From Saccostrea cucullata (Eukaryota): a stretch of DNA of 64,000 nucleotides. The notes beneath the pieces were generated by a model, which saw nothing but the letters and a program-made list of their open reading frames with translations, searched no databases and was not told the DNA's origin. The translations under genes were made by a program, and so were the position numbers. Positions 62,700 to 64,000 of this stretch are shown piece after piece. The stretch covers positions 620,001 through 684,000 of the forward strand of contig NW_026936019.1 in assembly GCF_032062105.1 (NCBI RefSeq), written 5' to 3'. Each line of letters starts with the position of its first letter. Position 1 is the stretch's first letter.

Positions 62700-63860
62700 A
62701 ACAATTCACGTGACTGGTCAACTCATATTATCAACATTGACACAGAAATAGTCTGTTGTTCGAGCAACCAATCAGCGATTAGAAGAAAGTTCCAGCTGTA
62801 AAGCTTGTTGTTAGGAGGCGTGTACTATTTACAATGAGCACAGCTGTCAAACTAGATCGTGACGTAACGTAAAACTTCACACTTAACTGCAATCTATAGT
62901 AAATATACATGTAATCGTCGTTGAAATGAACTAAATATTGTAAATTTATCAAACGTTGTCGATTTATCTAAATTTGGAAAGGAATTTGAATAGATTCTTG
63001 AATGAAAATAAGTCTCTTTATGACGGAGCACAGTGTTTACCCAGTGCTGTTCAAACAGATTGTTACAGGATCTACTCTCCAAAAACTACTTAGATATTGC
63101 CAAACAGACATTTAAGCATCGTTCAAATATCAACTTGGTTGTAATTTTGTCTAGAATAAGAATTTTAAACAAAATAATTTTGAAAATAATTAATGACAAG
63201 GTTCAAATGTATGTAGATTTATGAGTTCCATTGAAAAAACAGTTATCTATAATGACAGAAAGACTGGTCATTTTGGGTCATTTTGGAATGGTATTATAAA
63301 GTTTTGGAAAGTCAAATGTTTTGAAGCATTTTATTGTTGTTGACTTGTCACAACCGCCATTTGCCCTTTGTCATGATTGGATAAACGTAAAAATATACTC
63401 ACCGTCAATGAAAACGCAACACTCTAATTTTAGGGTGAAAAGTATATTAAACGGGTTATAACTATATACCAAAAAAGTTAGGATATCTTTTACTTTGCCA
63501 AATCAGTTATTTAACGGTTGAATGAATTTCTTTCCTCTACCGGAAGTTGCTTTTTCGCCCTCTTAACAGAAATCAATTTTTTGCATTTTTAATAAAATTT
63601 TTAACAATATTTTGGGTTTTCAAGGTTTTGTAGCTGTTAATCATAAGTATTGTACTAAAATCCCGGGAAAAAAATCCTTCTTTCTTTACCGGATGTGATG
63701 CCTATATTTCCTCAAAATGTCTGATTTATTGCTAATGCTGGAGTATCCCAAAATAAAGAAAAAAGAGCTGCAGATGCAAATATACACTATTTAACGACTC
63801 ATCAGGCTCATGTGTTTCAACAGCATAAATAACAGTTTCTTGACCGGAAGTCCAAGAGTT
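62700..63860. promoter_or_regulatory. Promoter-like motif cluster, possibly for a gene beyond the window
   Basis: E-box tcacgtga (62706), CCAAT (62768), CRE-like tgacgt (62860), YY1-like cgccattt (63355), ETS accggaagt (63539, 63843). Motif evidence only. Confidence 0.35.
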
Positions 63861-64000
63861 ATTACACTACTGCCAAGTTAGAGAAAATTCGACCGCAGTA
63901 TCGGAACAACAGGCAATTAAAAATGCCCAAGAATATTTATTTCGCTCAGATAAAGACATTGATAAACCTAATGCATGGTAGAAATCGGACTGCGTTCATG

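Overview
AT-rich, intron-containing animal DNA, most likely a bivalve (oyster-like; inferred from pearl/HINE elements carrying 156-168 bp satellite cores). I assembled seven genes by hand, and splice phases are consistent throughout. They are: an intronless ANKRD34/63-like ankyrin gene (+); a Gq-coupled rhabdomeric opsin (-, 521 aa); a convergent pair of modular trypsin-like proteases (SRCR-LDLa-SRCR-Tryp on +, 5' end unresolved; SP-CUB-LDLa2-CUB3-LDLa-Tryp on -, 930 aa); ACOT13 (-) head-to-head with TPMT copy 1 (+); and a divergent TPMT copy 2 (+). A decayed duplicate of the TPMT last exon lies between the two copies. About a fifth of the window (hand estimate) is decayed fragments of one Penelope-like retroelement family with an RT-last, Naiad-type layout. 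There are also Helentron-associated (HINE) elements, MITEs and long hairpins. Best leads: (1) a 37-bp minisatellite built from kappaB-like, GATA and TAATCC motifs; (2) a structured, possibly pseudoknotted RNA module at the retroelement 3' end; (3) a remodelled active site in TPMT copy 2 and a TGA at the active-site Arg codon of the duplicated exon; (4) a hairpin element inserted without a TSD in a triple nest. No database searches or folding programs were run, and no novel system is proven.
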